A DNA stretch of 64,000 nucleotides from Perna viridis (GCA_037379345.1 CM074512.1:48815597-48879596), one strand, 5' to 3'; numbered from the stretch's first letter, positions 1 to 12,958 are shown. Translations and numbers: made by a program. Notes: a model not told the origin generated them from the letters alone.

Positions 1-600
1 TAGACTTGATGGATATTTGCAAATTTAATTTGACTATTCGTACTATCAGAATCAAGGGGAAAAAGGCGAGATTTTCCATATCTTTTGGTAAATTGAGTTA
101 TAATTTCATGGAAATGCACTGAAAATGAACATTTAAGGGGCAGATAACTCTATCGAAAACTTCATTTTTTTAACGTTCTATTGAAAAAATTCTGGACATA
201 TGCAGTGATGCAGAGAGCAGATTATCTTTTCAAATAGAGAAAGCATCCTTGAGTAAAATTATGTATTGTCAGACGGTGGGTTTTTGATAAGCCTGTTTCT
301 CATTTTTCCGATATTTGCTAAACGAAGACTCGTAGAAGTATTTGACCTAATGCATATGTGAGGAGAAGATGTAAAATCACATTTATTTTTGTGTCTATCT
401 ATTTATATAAGTTGGTGTAGATTTCAATTGTGGTATATGCTCTAAAATAGTATTACCCATATTTAACACTCGACCAGCACTATCAAAGAAAACAAATTAT
501 GCACCCGATATCCATAAAACTAACTAATAATGATACAGATAAAACTGCACGATAATGATAAAAAAAATGTTGTAATTAATAATCTAAGTTTACCGACACT

Positions 601-681
601 CCGTTATTAACCGTTGCTTTACATCTGTACGCTCTAGATCTCCGTCATTAACCGTTGGTTTACATCTGTATGCTCTAGATC
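601..681. repeat. ~41-bp imperfect tandem duplication
   Basis: ccgttattaaccgttgctttacatctgtacgctctagatc followed by ccgtcattaaccgttggtttacatctgtatgctctagatc. Confidence 0.8.
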
Positions 682-1024
682 GACGTTCTCTCCAAAATTT
701 CTCGTCGTTGAGTGATGTCAATTTCGGAATTCGATATACTGCTTAGAGTTACTGTTGCACATAAAATATAAGTTAAACTCTTCTTTAATTATGATTCACC
801 ATTTCACAATAAAAACAATTAAATTTGAGAAGAGTTCGTAATGAAATTTACATTTTAAAATTCTCCAAAGATGAACCATTTTCAGACATTAAATTAATAA
901 ACCTCACCTTAAGATTGTCAAAGTTGGACTTCTGAGCTGCACTGTACTTGATCAAGTTACCATTGAACATGAAATGACCCTTTTCTCAACATCAGTAGAA
1001 ACCGGAGACAAGAATGACTTCAAC

Positions 1025-2763
1025 CTAGGACCTGTCAGATATAGCAGAACAACCATGATCCAAAGCCTCCTTAACAACAGTGAAAGTAAGATCTTCCTTC
1101 TGAAACACTCTACTAACCCTACAAACTAAACACATGACATCAGCCATAAAGTGTGAAACTGCCAGGAACTCAAAAGTAGAAATGAACTTAACAAGATCAC
1201 AAGCTATAATATTACCACCTTGCTCATCAGACAACAAACAACCAACTAGAATGTCAAAGTTTGACAACAGAGCCCCATCACTGCCTTCAAAGGACAACCA
1301 CCTTGTACCAAAGACCTCCTGAAACTTCTTCTCTGCCTTGTCAAAAATTACTGCCATTGATTTCAACTCTGCCATGTGTTTGCATGAATAATGGTAGTAC
1401 TTGTATATTTCATTCAGTGTACCCTGGTATTTTTTAAGGTATGGAACTGAGTGTGCTGCTTGTGATGCTGCTAGTGCTAGCCTGTGGGCTATACAATGTG
1501 ATTTTATAATGTATGGGTTTACTTCGGTGAAACGTGTAGACACACCTGATCTGATACCTGTCATGACATTTGCACCATCAGTAGCATTAGACATACATTT
1601 CTGAAAAGGAAGATTATACAATTTGAATACAGACTTAACACATTCAAAAATAGAATCAGCAGTACCAGAAGACAGTTCAGTGACAGATAAAAATCTTGTT
1701 ACACTTTGTCCATTTTTCAAATATCTAACATAAATCATAAGAGTCTTTTCTGTAGAACGGTCCGTAGACTCGTCTAACATTACACTAAAGAACGTAGAGT
1801 TTTTCAAATCAGATTTTATTTCATCTACACCAACTAAAGCTTCTTGGCATCTGGACTTGCGTATTTGGCATTCTTTGCCTTCTGAATGTTGGTGACACTT
1901 TCCACATTCTGCAAAAGAAAACAAAACATAAGATATTGTGTTTTGAAAAACAACAAAAACAAAAAAAATTTCCCGTAAGTGTCTCATATACATTTACTTT
2001 ACACTAAGTTGTTTTCCTGTTTTCATCGTTTATAAATTGAAATTTAAATGATTTTGTCTTTTCTGTCTTGAATCAGATATCGCTAGATAATTTTTAGATA
2101 CATTGTTTCATGAACATTTACTTCATACTATATACTATATATGTGTATCAAATTAAAATTTCTTTCTTTCAATTACACATTTTTTCGTGTTTTTTGTCTC
2201 ATGTACGTTTACTTTATATATCTTTTTATTTTATTAATAAATAATATAACTTCATATAAACTACCACGTACATGATGTATCAGAAGGTCATTCACTTGGG
2301 TGTACATTGAGTTGGGTAAGTTGTTGTTTTTGAGTGCGCTAGTAACATCTGACTCGTGTGTTTTATTGGCTGAAGTCACTCCTTGCTCAAATTCTGGCTT
2401 CATGGATTTGGACTGGACTGCCCGTTTATGATCAGCAGTGTTGATGTACTTCTGTATATTATCTTTTAGGAATGCGTTGTTTCTGATAGAAAATGTATTA
2501 GTAAGTCCAGCATCTTGGCAGTCACGGCAGTACATCACCCCATCTTTGTAGTATATGCATGGAAATATCTTTGACCACTCTGGTTTAAATTTTGACTTTA
2601 ATAGTCGATCACTGCGACTCTTTGTAGTAGTTGACTTTTGACCTTTAGGTACGTTGTCCTGTGACGACGAACTAAAATAGTTCGTAATGGCGGACATAGT
2701 TGCGATTCGAACTGTGATTGAAAAATCCAAACATCTTTTCATTTTAAATACATACGATGACAC
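1025..2763 (-). mobile_element. Degenerate hAT-superfamily DNA transposon (ZNF862/DUF4371-like transposase), C-terminally truncated, probable intron ~1909-2271
   Basis: ORF 1025-1993 has FSVMLDESTD, ATDGANVMTG, HCIAHRLAL and TRWLS motifs. ORF 2209-2763 has a TTF-zinc-finger-like FKPEW..YCRDC segment. There is a GTACGT donor and a TTTTCTTTTGCAG acceptor between them. Premature stop at 1025; TIRs not identified. Confidence 0.75.
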
Positions 2764-3475
2764 TTTGAGTACTTTGAGAACCTGTCACAGTGCTCAACAA
2801 ACAAATCATTACCGTTAATTAATTTGTTTGTCGGGATAATTAGCCTCAACCAGGTGATCAAGCAAGGTGTGATCAAAGGTGATGCAATCAAAACATTGGT
2901 CATGATTGTTAATTGTAAAACCCTAACTGGCTTGGGAAAGTTGTCAATCACGGGGTCCTGGGAACATCAGAGGCTTTTTTACAGATATTTTTTTTTTTTT
3001 GGGGGGGGGGGGGACCGAAATGTCAAGTGGCGAATCGTGCACGAGAAAAATTCGCCCCTTTCGAAAATCATTCGTTAATGGCGAAAATGGCAAGCGCTAG
3101 CTAAATCACATTAATAATGTTTTTAAACTAAGGAATTGTGTGAAGCATTTCTGAAAAGATTCTATCACTGTGTTCCTTGTGATCGATCTTTTATTCCATT
3201 GAAATCTTAATATGTATATTCTCCAAAATTTGTTATCAAGCATGTTTGCGATAGTACCGCATTGGTAACAACGAATTCACCCGACAGTTCTATGGGTTAA
3301 TGCAATGGACGCAGGGAAGACTAGTACACATGCCAACATTGTCGCAGAGGAAAATATTCCCCTCCACCTTTTGAAACTTCAATTCCTCAGATCATTATGG
3401 CAATTTCTACATATCTATGTTTGCTTCATCAAATGTCGCTGCCTTATTTTTTTAAGTTACGATAAAAACTCCAAG

Positions 3476-3521
3476 AAACAAAACAAAAAAATAAACAAAA
3501 ACAAAAACAAAAACAAAAACA

Positions 3522-3553
<32 letters not shown>
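3476..3553. repeat. (AAAAAC)n simple repeat
   Basis: Directly visible. Confidence 0.9.
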
Positions 3554-3697
3554 TTTAAACACGATGGCTCCGTTTTTAATCACAGAAAATATTTAGCTAT
3601 AAAGTTGATATCATGACATATATAATACCATGCATGCGAAGATACCGCATGGTTGGTCAACTGAATGCAGAATTATGGGGCTCTATAATCCACAAAC

Positions 3698-3948
3698 CTT
3701 TAGGTGGCATCTTGATTTCGGTCTTCAAATCCTCCATCCTCTCTAGCATTAGAGAAATACTATCATTCAACGAAGCCATGACCTGGTCTTGTACCACTTT
3801 GTCAATGTAGTGTCATGTCTATTGTCGCTGAAAGTACTGCATTCATACTGTCTAGAAGTGGCAGAGAAATGTCATTTCGGTTTTGCGGATACCCACTCGT
3901 CAATAGGACCAATGATAAAAACAACACTGTACAGTATTTCCACGCCAT
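3698..3948 (-). pseudogene. Frameshifted paralog of exon 1 of the C1q-domain gene
   Basis: Aligns with 10663-10936 (MAWKYCTVLFLSLVLLTSGYPQNRNDISLPLLD...). A 23-nt deletion after GACATGAC breaks the frame. Ends at an AAG|GTTTGT donor. Confidence 0.75.
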
Positions 3949-4917
3949 TCTTGAAAAAGTTTTGCATGAGAACTAAATTACTTACTTCTTACACCCAGCT
4001 TCACCGCCACTTATCTACAGGATCATGGGAAAATGACTTTAAAACATGAACGTTGGATCGTGTTACAGAATTTTTATTATTTATCTCGTAAATTGTTTCA
4101 AGAGTCGTACTAAATCGCCTTCTGTGTGCGATAGGAACCATTGATTGTTTAATTTAAAAGTAAATGATTGTTTCTTAGTTCTTTGATATCCTGTGTGAAG
4201 TCTTTCAATTTTGGACCACGAGCACATCTTTCAACTTATAATCAATGAGGGCGTTTTGTTGTTTTGTCCTCGATAAAACTAGATATTCAGCAGATTTACA
4301 AAGCGCTTGGGTTTCCAAAATTTATTGAAGTTTTTTGTATAAATGTTTTTTTCTTCAATCAAACTTAATGATTCTATTCTTCTACATTCTAAAGTCACCT
4401 TCCAATGTATTGAATTGGTATTTCAACTATGAAAAAATATATTATAAGAGTAGATTTTTTTTTCATGTGAATAACTTTTTTTCTAGAAATGACGAATTAC
4501 ATGATTTTTAAGTATAAATGTGTAATATGTATCAGACACCTTGATTCTTGTGTTTTCACCATTGTCCTCCTAATAAATAAAGAATTCCAGTGCCTGAACC
4601 GATAAACCAACAATTATAGAACCTGAGGACGCCATCCTAGTAAATGTAAATACAAAATAAAAATACCAAGAAGCAATTTATCGAGGTAGCATAACTTCCA
4701 TATGTAACGCAATATGGTTGTTAACATGCACGTATAACAGACCATGATCCTTCGTGTTCAACCGAAAACGATAGATAAATCAACAGATAATATTGATAAT
4801 GTTTGTTTATAAAATTTATTTAGACTTTCTTTAATGTCGCGATATCATACTATTAGATTAGGATTTGACCCCCGCGAAAATAACCCGATATACGGTAGTA
4901 TTTTATTTTTCTATTTC

Positions 4918-5327
4918 TCAAATCTTATATCCTGAAAATACTGAAGCAGATGCTGATCCCCACATAGCATCTAAATAAAAACCTTCATTGCTGTAAACTT
5001 TCAGGCTGATTTTTTCTCCTGCTTTCATTTTAACAACAACGGTTGACGAGCCTGTCATGCTATCGCCGACAGCATCATTGTCGACAACGTTTGCAGCAAT
5101 CATCTCCGAATCCTTAACAATGGCAGAAGTGAAATCCTTCCTCTCCTTCGAGAGGATTGTCCATGAAAAAACATACAGTCCGTCCTCCATGGCCGTGAAC
5201 TTCCCACTTGTGCCACTGTAGCATCCACCGACGTTCAGTTTTACATCATCAAAGACAATAACTGTATCGTGAGGAAGGTTTGTTTTGTCAGTTGTTATTC
5301 CGGCGAAAAATGCACACTTTTCATTGT
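4918..5327 (-). CDS. C1q-domain-containing protein, last exon (globular C1q domain)
   Basis: AFFA..., VIVFDDVKLNVGGCYSGTSGKFTA...GLYVFSW and SVFSGYKI motifs. Acceptor CTTTTTCTTGTAG, phase 1. AATAAA downstream at ~4815-4820. Confidence 0.9.
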
Positions 5328-5628
5328 CTACAAGAAAAAGCATGAATATTTTGAAAGGTAATCGTATAGAGAAGCGTCGATTTTAAATCCGCTAATGCAG
5401 GTTACCTTGCGTAGTTCGGGGAAGAATTGTTTGCTAAAACACCGTATATACCGTAAGACTAAAGGAATGGCATCATTTACAAATTTATACATATATTTTG
5501 TTAATTCATCGATATAATCACCGAGTTTTACATTGATAATTATTCGGCGTTGTATTATTTTTACTAACAAGAATACGCCCATTCAAGTATCATGAACATG
5601 CATGTATTGCCCCATTTATCAAGCGTAC

Positions 5629-5772
5629 CTTCTTCCTGTTTCTGTATTTCCTTGCCGTTGACCGTTTTCGTGCCATTTCTGGTGCATTCTACCACTGAAT
5701 TTATACCATTTATATCGTTGAACTTTTCGTTATCGATGTTTGAAAGGATAGTTGACACATTTGCTTTTAATG
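5629..5772 (-). CDS. C1q-domain-containing protein, middle exon (144 nt)
   Basis: Open frame with TTGACAG acceptor and G|GTACGC donor; phase 1-1, compatible with both neighbouring exons. Confidence 0.65.
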
Positions 5773-6038
5773 CTGTCAACATAAAATTGTATCAACGCAT
5801 CATTTTTACTGTAAAGTGGCAATGCACCTGTGCGGAGGTAAGTGTACAAATATTACAATTCTATTTTGAATTCAGGGGACGCCAACATCGACGTATATAT
5901 ATGGCGAAAATCGATTACAATTTGGGACGAAGTTAAGTAGGAAATAAACGAAAATCTCGGGACAACACCAATGAAAAAAAGAGAGAATGTCTGGAGAAAA
6001 AATGGAACTTTGCCCCCTGGACTGTTCAATATTTTTAG

Positions 6039-6558
6039 TTTATTTGTTTGTTTGTTGGGGTTTAACGTCCGAGCAGCAATATTTCAGCTATATTCAGACG
6101 ATGAACATGAAATTGATGATAAATGAACATGAAATGATGATGAAATGAAAGAGGGATTGGACACAAGGACAATAGGGTCGACAAATTTTGATTGCCACTG
6201 GAAATAGGGAGAGGTGGGTAGAGTCGGGCAATTTAGCCTCCTGTGGCGGAGCCCTATGGTTCCTACTCCGGGAGAATACCACAGTAGGGTTCTTTAACGT
6301 GCGAGGAACGTGGCATCTTTCCCAACACGGTGCACCACTATGGTTTGCGGTCAGGTTTTCCGTATTATAGCCTGACAACCCCAGCATGTAACACGCCAGG
6401 GGTACCCCATTCCACCACCTGGGGCACACATCCCAGTTGCTCTGTGGGCAGAGCGGCCTAGCCCCCGGCTAGGGTTCTGAGCACTATTTAGTCGCCCTTT
6501 ACGACAAGCTTAGCGCTGCTGCAGGCCAATTCTTTTAACACCCGGACCTGCACGGGGA
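6039..6558 (-). mobile_element. SINE-like non-autonomous retroposon in the C1qDC intron
   Basis: 13-bp TSD tcaatatttttag at 6026-6038 and 6559-6571; (CAAA)n tail at the minus-strand 3' end; GC-rich structured head. Confidence 0.75.
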
Positions 6559-9500
6559 TCAATATTTTTAGAGCGTTGGGCCGGTGCAATCGCATACTGG
6601 GCACATAGATATTTAATCCTCTTATATATGCAGCTGGGAAGAAAGATTTTTTTTTAGAATTGCACAAGTGCTGGACAGGAACTTTTAAAAATTAAATTGT
6701 TAAAAAAAAAAATCAACAAAAAATATACAAATAGGTAATTATGCAAGTACAGTAGGAATGGAACTGGAGCCTTATTTAACTTGCGTGCACTGATTTGAAA
6801 AAAAAAATAGGTAGGTATGTGTCTTAGTGCAAAACAATTTCAACAAAAAAAGATAAATTTGATGGTAAATGAATCTATTCAATGAAACTGGTATCAAATA
6901 TCCTCCTGGGCAACTAGTTTTTTTCTGCTGTAACTGTTTAGATTGGGCCTGAATTTTATTTTTGCAGATGGATCTGCTGAGTAGATAGATATTTTGAAAT
7001 GGACAGAAGAATGAAACTGGTCGGGAACCAGTACTTCGATAAATATTGAACTTGAACGATCCGTTATCAAATTAAGTTCCGTTTATTTTCTATAAAAAGC
7101 CTTTAAGTTAACCAAAAATGGATCTTATCGTACAAAACATCAAAACTGAAAAAAAGGTAAATTAAACAAATAAAAATCACTTCATAAATTTCGAATCCTT
7201 TTTTTTTTCTGTGTATCAAGATTTTTACAAAAAGTATTACAGTTAAATATTGGTAAACTACAGTTCAAGATCTCTCCAATTTTGTTTTATACTCTTTGCC
7301 GTAAGTACGCGAATTTTTGTACCGCAATTAGGCTTCTGGAACATGTTATGTTGAAGTCATCACTATAGAAGTAGTGAATGGTCGTCATTGTGAACTCGTG
7401 GATCGTTACTGTGCGAACCGATTTGTTAACCGTGTAACAGTTTTCCTTTCCTCTTTCGTCTACCCCGGACTTGACATTTTATTAGCAATTCTGCGGCTGT
7501 TTCTAGAAAAGCAAAGGACGGTTATCCTAGTGACGCACCTGGTCCATGCTCCCACATTTTTTTTTGCGGAGTTCGAGTTGCTCTTTGCTTTTGTTTCTTT
7601 ATATATGATATTTTCATCATTTCATGTTCTTTGTTGTGTGTGTATTTCCCCCTTTCTGTTCTTTATCCTTGGATTACTATAACGAGAATGGATATGGTGA
7701 ATATATAAAGAAACAACAACGCACTGGGATGAAAAATGTCAACTCAAGGCTACCCACGGGCCTTCAACGAACGACGATGAAACCCTTACACCACCGGGCA
7801 GACTGCAGTTTGCTCCATAGTAACATTATACATAGGTATATATACTCAAGCAACATACATGAGAACTGAAAGTGGAATTAAACAATACATACAGATGCCA
7901 GAAATTCCTGACTTCGGACGGGCACTAACAACGTGACGGGGTTAAATATATTTTGTTTGTTGATTTCTGATCGAATCATGGTTCCCTTGTTAACTCTTCT
8001 TTGTAAATGTTGAGTGACAGAGAAAAAAAAATCAACATCCAAACACATGATATTTTTTTTTAAATCTGACAAAATATCCTTCGCCTGTATTTATTTGATA
8101 TAATTAATTAACATAGGGACACGAAAAGCTACCAAAGTACATTTAAAGTTTGGCGTTTTTAATTAGAGAGAATCATTAAAAAAAATAAAAGAAAATGAAA
8201 ATTACGAAATGGGAGGAGCTACAATGAAACCTACCGTAGCGACCACCGTATTCGACAAGTACCTGTCTTAAAAGACTATGATAAAAATATCCACGTGTAG
8301 AGCATTCTATAGGCTAAAAACCACTAATTCCACTTCCCATAGGCTTCTATGCTAATTTCACAATATTCAATGGCTTCTCTGGACTTTACCTTAACTTTAA
8401 CCTGCAGATGACTATATATCAGCATGATTCTACATATGTCAGCTCACAATCCTCAGAATGGCATGTGGGGTTAGCAGACTTGCAGTGCAGTACTGGTCAC
8501 CGGAAGTGAAGGGTCTATAAATAGCATGGGAAATCCCAGTGTTTTCACAAGATAGGGGTATATTTAAAAATCATTATGGAGATTAGGCTTCACATCACAA
8601 GAAGCAAAATGCACCTATAAAATGTACAGAAATGTTTTTCCTTTCAGAAACTCTTTAAATTTTTAAAATAAGGTGAGAACTTTTTTCACAGCACTAAGAG
8701 GAACAGGGGTAATTTCTGCGTAGGACTATTTTTGCGTACGTTCCAAATGCTCATTGGTTGAATTGGTGGTCTGTAACCTATATGCAATTTACTCGTAATT
8801 AAAGACCACTTGTGGTTTTCACTCCCTTATAAGGTCACTCAAGACTGGTTAAATGACATTCAAACTGAAACAATTCTAAAAGTAAATAGTTATACGTACG
8901 TTATACACGTTTTCTTATGACGTTACGCACGCTATTGCGGGCACATTCGGTAACATCAGAATTCGACGATTGTCGACATTTTTCGTTTCTTGCTTGGCTT
9001 GCTTATTGAAACACGGGTACAGTAAAGCAAAATATACAATAATTTTTGATTGGTAGCAATTGAAACATCTTGAACATTTCTTAGAAAAAAACGAACTGAT
9101 TAATTAATTTGATTATCAGTACTACCGGTAAATTAAATTTGCACATGCATGTGCACCGCAGTGTGGAATGCAATCGCCACGTATATGCACACTCTGTCTA
9201 GAGAGGGAACATAGCAACTTTCTCCTGCGATAAGTTGAAATGTGCATTTTGATATACATGTACGATTTTATGTTACATCTACCAATAGCAGAATTTGGAC
9301 ATTTCACAACTTACTATTTCGATTGAAAGAGCTTTCTATTCATCAGAAAATCGCACTTTCATCAACGCCCAATAGATAGCCCTCATTGATTTTCATTTCA
9401 TTTGCGCATTTGCTTTTTCCAAAATAAAAAATATTTATGACCCCCCTTTTCTGCATTCATTTGATCTATTAGCATTCTGCTTTTCTATACCTTTTGAAAG

Positions 9501-10662
9501 TTCTGTCAACTCTATTTTGCGCTTCAGTCATTCTACTCCGATCGAATTCCTATAAACTATAAGAATTTATTCTATTCTTTTTTGGTTTATTCTTTCGTTT
9601 GTAAATGACACAAGTACAGATTTAGTCTATTTACATCCCTATGATTTCGATTTTTTTGTCTCTTTCAGTTGCATGTTCTATACTTGTAATTGCAGAGACG
9701 GGTATAAGTGTCTGGTGCATGTTATCTAAAGCGGAAATAATTTCCGTTTTATTTCCCCATTTCTCGATCGACGGAAAACGTTCCTAACGTTAAAAAAGTG
9801 AATGTTCGACAAATCGCTAGGCATTAGTTTTGCTCGAACTTTATCCGTTTTAAACAGTTTAAACCATTAAAAATGAAATATGTCTATTCCAAAGTGTATG
9901 TACAATTACAAAGTATCATTATTTCATAGAAGAAATTTCCAATTGATTGTAGAATTGCGTTGGAGCATGACATTTTCTCAACGAACCGGGAAAATATTGA
10001 CGTCTGACATTTCGCTAGACATTTTCAAAAAGACGTAACTTTTTTGTTTGTACTGAAAATTTTATCAAATGTCGACATAGAATTGCTGAAAGTATGTACA
10101 TTTTTAGGAAATATTAATTGGAAAAGAATATTGTGTAAATAAGTTCTTACATTAATAACAGAATTGATTACTGTACACTTTTAGAAATCTGACCATTTAC
10201 CAACACTTTCATTTTTGCATTGAATCCTGTTTTGCCTAAAACTAACGCAATTTCGATAATCCATGCAAAATTTGGCGAATTTCGTACCCTTTGCAATAGC
10301 GCAAGTCACTATTTTAGCTGACATACAGAATTTTGACGTTTTTTACGGGTTTTCGAAAGTTTAATTGATTATAAAGAATTAAAAGTACCATTTGTGACAA
10401 ATATTTAGAACTTATTATTTGTCCTGATTCCAGTAGTATACAGCTTTCACATAATCACAGTTTTGATTGTTAACAATATTCATTTAAAGTTTAGATAGGT
10501 GTGGTTTTTTTTTTTCAATACAGCCGCAATAGCGTGAGTAATGTCACTTTATTCACCAAAGATGAAGACAAATAAAAAAACAGCTTTAATTGATGCTGTG
10601 TCATATGGTTATTAGTTGACACAGATATTACATGCAGAAGTCTATTTGCTTAAATTATGAAC

Positions 10663-10945
10663 CTGTAAGTGACTCGACTTCAGTCTTCAAATCCTCCATC
10701 CTGTTGAACATCACAGAAACGCTATCATTCAACGAAGCCATGACCTGGTCCTTTACCACGTTGTCAATGTAGTCCTTAAGAGCTGTGTTTAGTTTGGTCA
10801 TGTCTATTGTGGCTGTCAATTCTGCATTCGCCGTTGTATCTAGAAGTGGCAGATAAATGTCATTTCGGTTTTGTGGGTAGCCATACGTCAACAGGACTAC
10901 TGATAATACCAATGTCGTATAGTATTCCCATGCCATTTTCGGCAT
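10663..10945 (-). CDS. C1q-domain-containing protein, first exon (signal peptide plus coiled coil); joined protein ~275 aa from ATG 10936
   Basis: MAWEYYTTLVLSVVLLTYG signal-peptide-like segment, heptad-like helix, phase-1 donor ACAG|GTTCAT in frame with the downstream exons. Confidence 0.7.
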
Positions 10946-11423
10946 TGTTGCATATGAACATCAAACTACTAACATCCGTCTTTATTGACAATTATCTATA
11001 TCTCTATAATTTGATGAAAAGATCACGACAAATTACGACAAATTACTTTTGTCAAATTTATTTTGAATTATAAATTTTAACATACGTATTTATGCAGCCA
11101 GTACAAGTATGGATACATATTGTTCGAGGGGTTCATATCCTTTGTTGCCGTTATGTTTCGAAATCCAGTGAAACTTGTCTAACCAGAACACTGAATCGTA
11201 CACAATCCCTTCTTGATCAGAAATCAGTTATCAGTTTTTTTTTTATAAAAATCAGACAAAAGGCGATTCATGTATATGTCAAAAACCAACCAACTTTATT
11301 TTAATTTTTATTCAGAAACACAAACAGACAACATAACCATTAATGGTGTGTCATTTGGTAGTTTGCACTTTTGAGACATTGTATGTATTGTAGGGACTGG
11401 TCCTTATTTCTTTACATTATAGA

Positions 11424-11503
11424 CGGGGGATAGCGCGAACGCAGTCCCCCACACTAAAAAATTGCGTACCCGAGTTGCCCACATTTGGGGCAATCGCAGG
11501 CTT
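11424..11503 (-). pseudogene. U1: U1 snRNA 3' fragment (nt 85-164), disrupted by truncated retrotransposon
   Basis: Identical to array U1; nt 51-84 missing. Confidence 0.9.
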
Positions 11504-12908
11504 TTTTTTTTCTTCTCCGAGATGCAAAAATTTAAATGTTTAGACAATAGAGCAATTAACTGTTTAAAACAGTTAACAGTGAAAATTATACTAACAACAC
11601 AATAGGAAATAGAGCACACTCGACAATGACATGTGAGTATATTTTTAGTGTTAATAAAACGTTCTATCAAACAATGAACAGAAAATATTTGAGGCTCTAA
11701 GCATTTAACACTGAACAGAAATAAGCTAAATGAAACACATCTTGTCACGTATAAAATGAAAACGGCAAATATAGAAAGTGAAAAATTACCAATAACACAT
11801 AATAATATACGATAATACAAAATAATAAACGAAAAGAGAAAAATACACCAATAGGTTGAGTAGTCCATGAACAGAAAGGCTATCAAAACAGGGGGGATAG
11901 AATAGTACTCATTGTCCATAATCATTCCGTTTCATTGTCGTTTAACTAACATCAACAGCTGTGTCCTCCGTGTTCTCCGGGGCTGTTATCAAAGAAGGGA
12001 GGAAAGGCTTCATTTCCATTTCCTCCAAATCATCACTACCACCATAATCATTGCACTCCGCCGCTCTTCGCTTCTTGGTTACAGACTCCTCTGTACCATG
12101 CCTCATCCCGCGCTTGTCTTGCGGGGAAGCCATACTCTCCTTCTCCTTCTCTTGCCCCCTCCCGCGCTTGTCTTGCGGGGGGCCCATACCTTCTTTATCC
12201 TGCCCCCTCCCGCGCTTGTCTTGCGGGGGGCCCATACTCTCTTTCTCCTGCCTCCTCCCGCGCCGGTCTTGCTGGGAAACCACATTCACCTCCTGCTCAT
12301 CTGAAACTCTTGCTGCAGCAGCATATGAGGGTTTTCCTTTACTTGGGCAGGTAGCCCTCTGATGACCCACCTCATTACATTTTAGACATAATGAGGGTCT
12401 CCCTCTCATGGTTACAAGTATCCGCCTTCCAGCAACAGTCACCTTGTACGGTACCTTATGAATATCAGAATCTGGCATTTCAACCAGATAATTAATGACA
12501 CCATTTTTTAACTTGGTGCCATCAATCACAGTGTCCTCAAAATCTTTCTTAATGATTTTTCCATAATTTTGTAGGAAATTGTCCACATAACAACTCTTCA
12601 TATGTAGAGGATACCAATGTATTCTAATGGCAACTTGTCTCTTATCTAAACGCTCGAAATGGTATAGACTTCCACCTGGAGCCTCAAAAGTTTGTCCCGT
12701 GCCCAAAGCATCAACTGTATCAGTGGAACTCAACCCAAGATACCAATCTCCACCCTCATCGCACTTATAAATAGCTGTAATCAATGAAGGATTAATGGTT
12801 CCTTTCAGCGCCTCAAGTACTTGTCCTCTGGTATTAAACCACTTTTTCCCAAAATTGACCTTCAGTGTTTTACTCACTGCGTCAGCATCCAAATACTCCA
12901 TTTTGATT
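11504..12908 (-). mobile_element. 3'-truncated type A Tx1-like element (ORF1 plus part of the inter-ORF region) with short poly(A)
   Basis: Matches 29002-30398 with a few substitutions; A10 tail (11502-11511, first 2 nt shared with U1); no ORF2. Confidence 0.92.
11942..12901 (-). CDS. Tx1-like ORF1 protein type A (319 aa, CCHC zinc knuckle)
   Basis: ATG in AAAATGG context; CLKCNEVGHQRATC knuckle; PSYAAAA motif; PPQDKRGRG repeats. Confidence 0.85.
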   Translation of the reverse strand: MEYLDADAVSKTLKVNFGKKWFNTRGQVLEALKGTINPSLITAIYKCDEGGDWYLGLSSTDTVDALGTGQTFEAPGGSLYHFERLDKRQVAIRIHWYPLHMKSCYVDNFLQNYGKIIKKDFEDTVIDGTKLKNGVINYLVEMPDSDIHKVPYKVTVAGRRILVTMRGRPSLCLKCNEVGHQRATCPSKGKPSYAAAARVSDEQEVNVVSQQDRRGRRQEKESMGPPQDKRGRGQDKEGMGPPQDKRGRGQEKEKESMASPQDKRGMRHGTEESVTKKRRAAECNDYGGSDDLEEMEMKPFLPSLITAPENTEDTAVDVS

Positions 12909-12958
12909 CTGGGGGAACCGCCTTTGTGATCACGGTATCCCCTGTACCAGGTAAGTAT
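12909..12958 (-). pseudogene. U1: U1 snRNA 5' fragment (nt 1-50) fused to retrotransposon
   Basis: ATACTTACCTGG...GGTTCCCCCAG followed by element sequence. Confidence 0.92.

Noticed and set aside
7374-10520. Short intronic ORFs and possible additional DNA-transposon fragments
   Set aside because: No recognisable domains, and I could not identify matching TIRs or TSDs by eye
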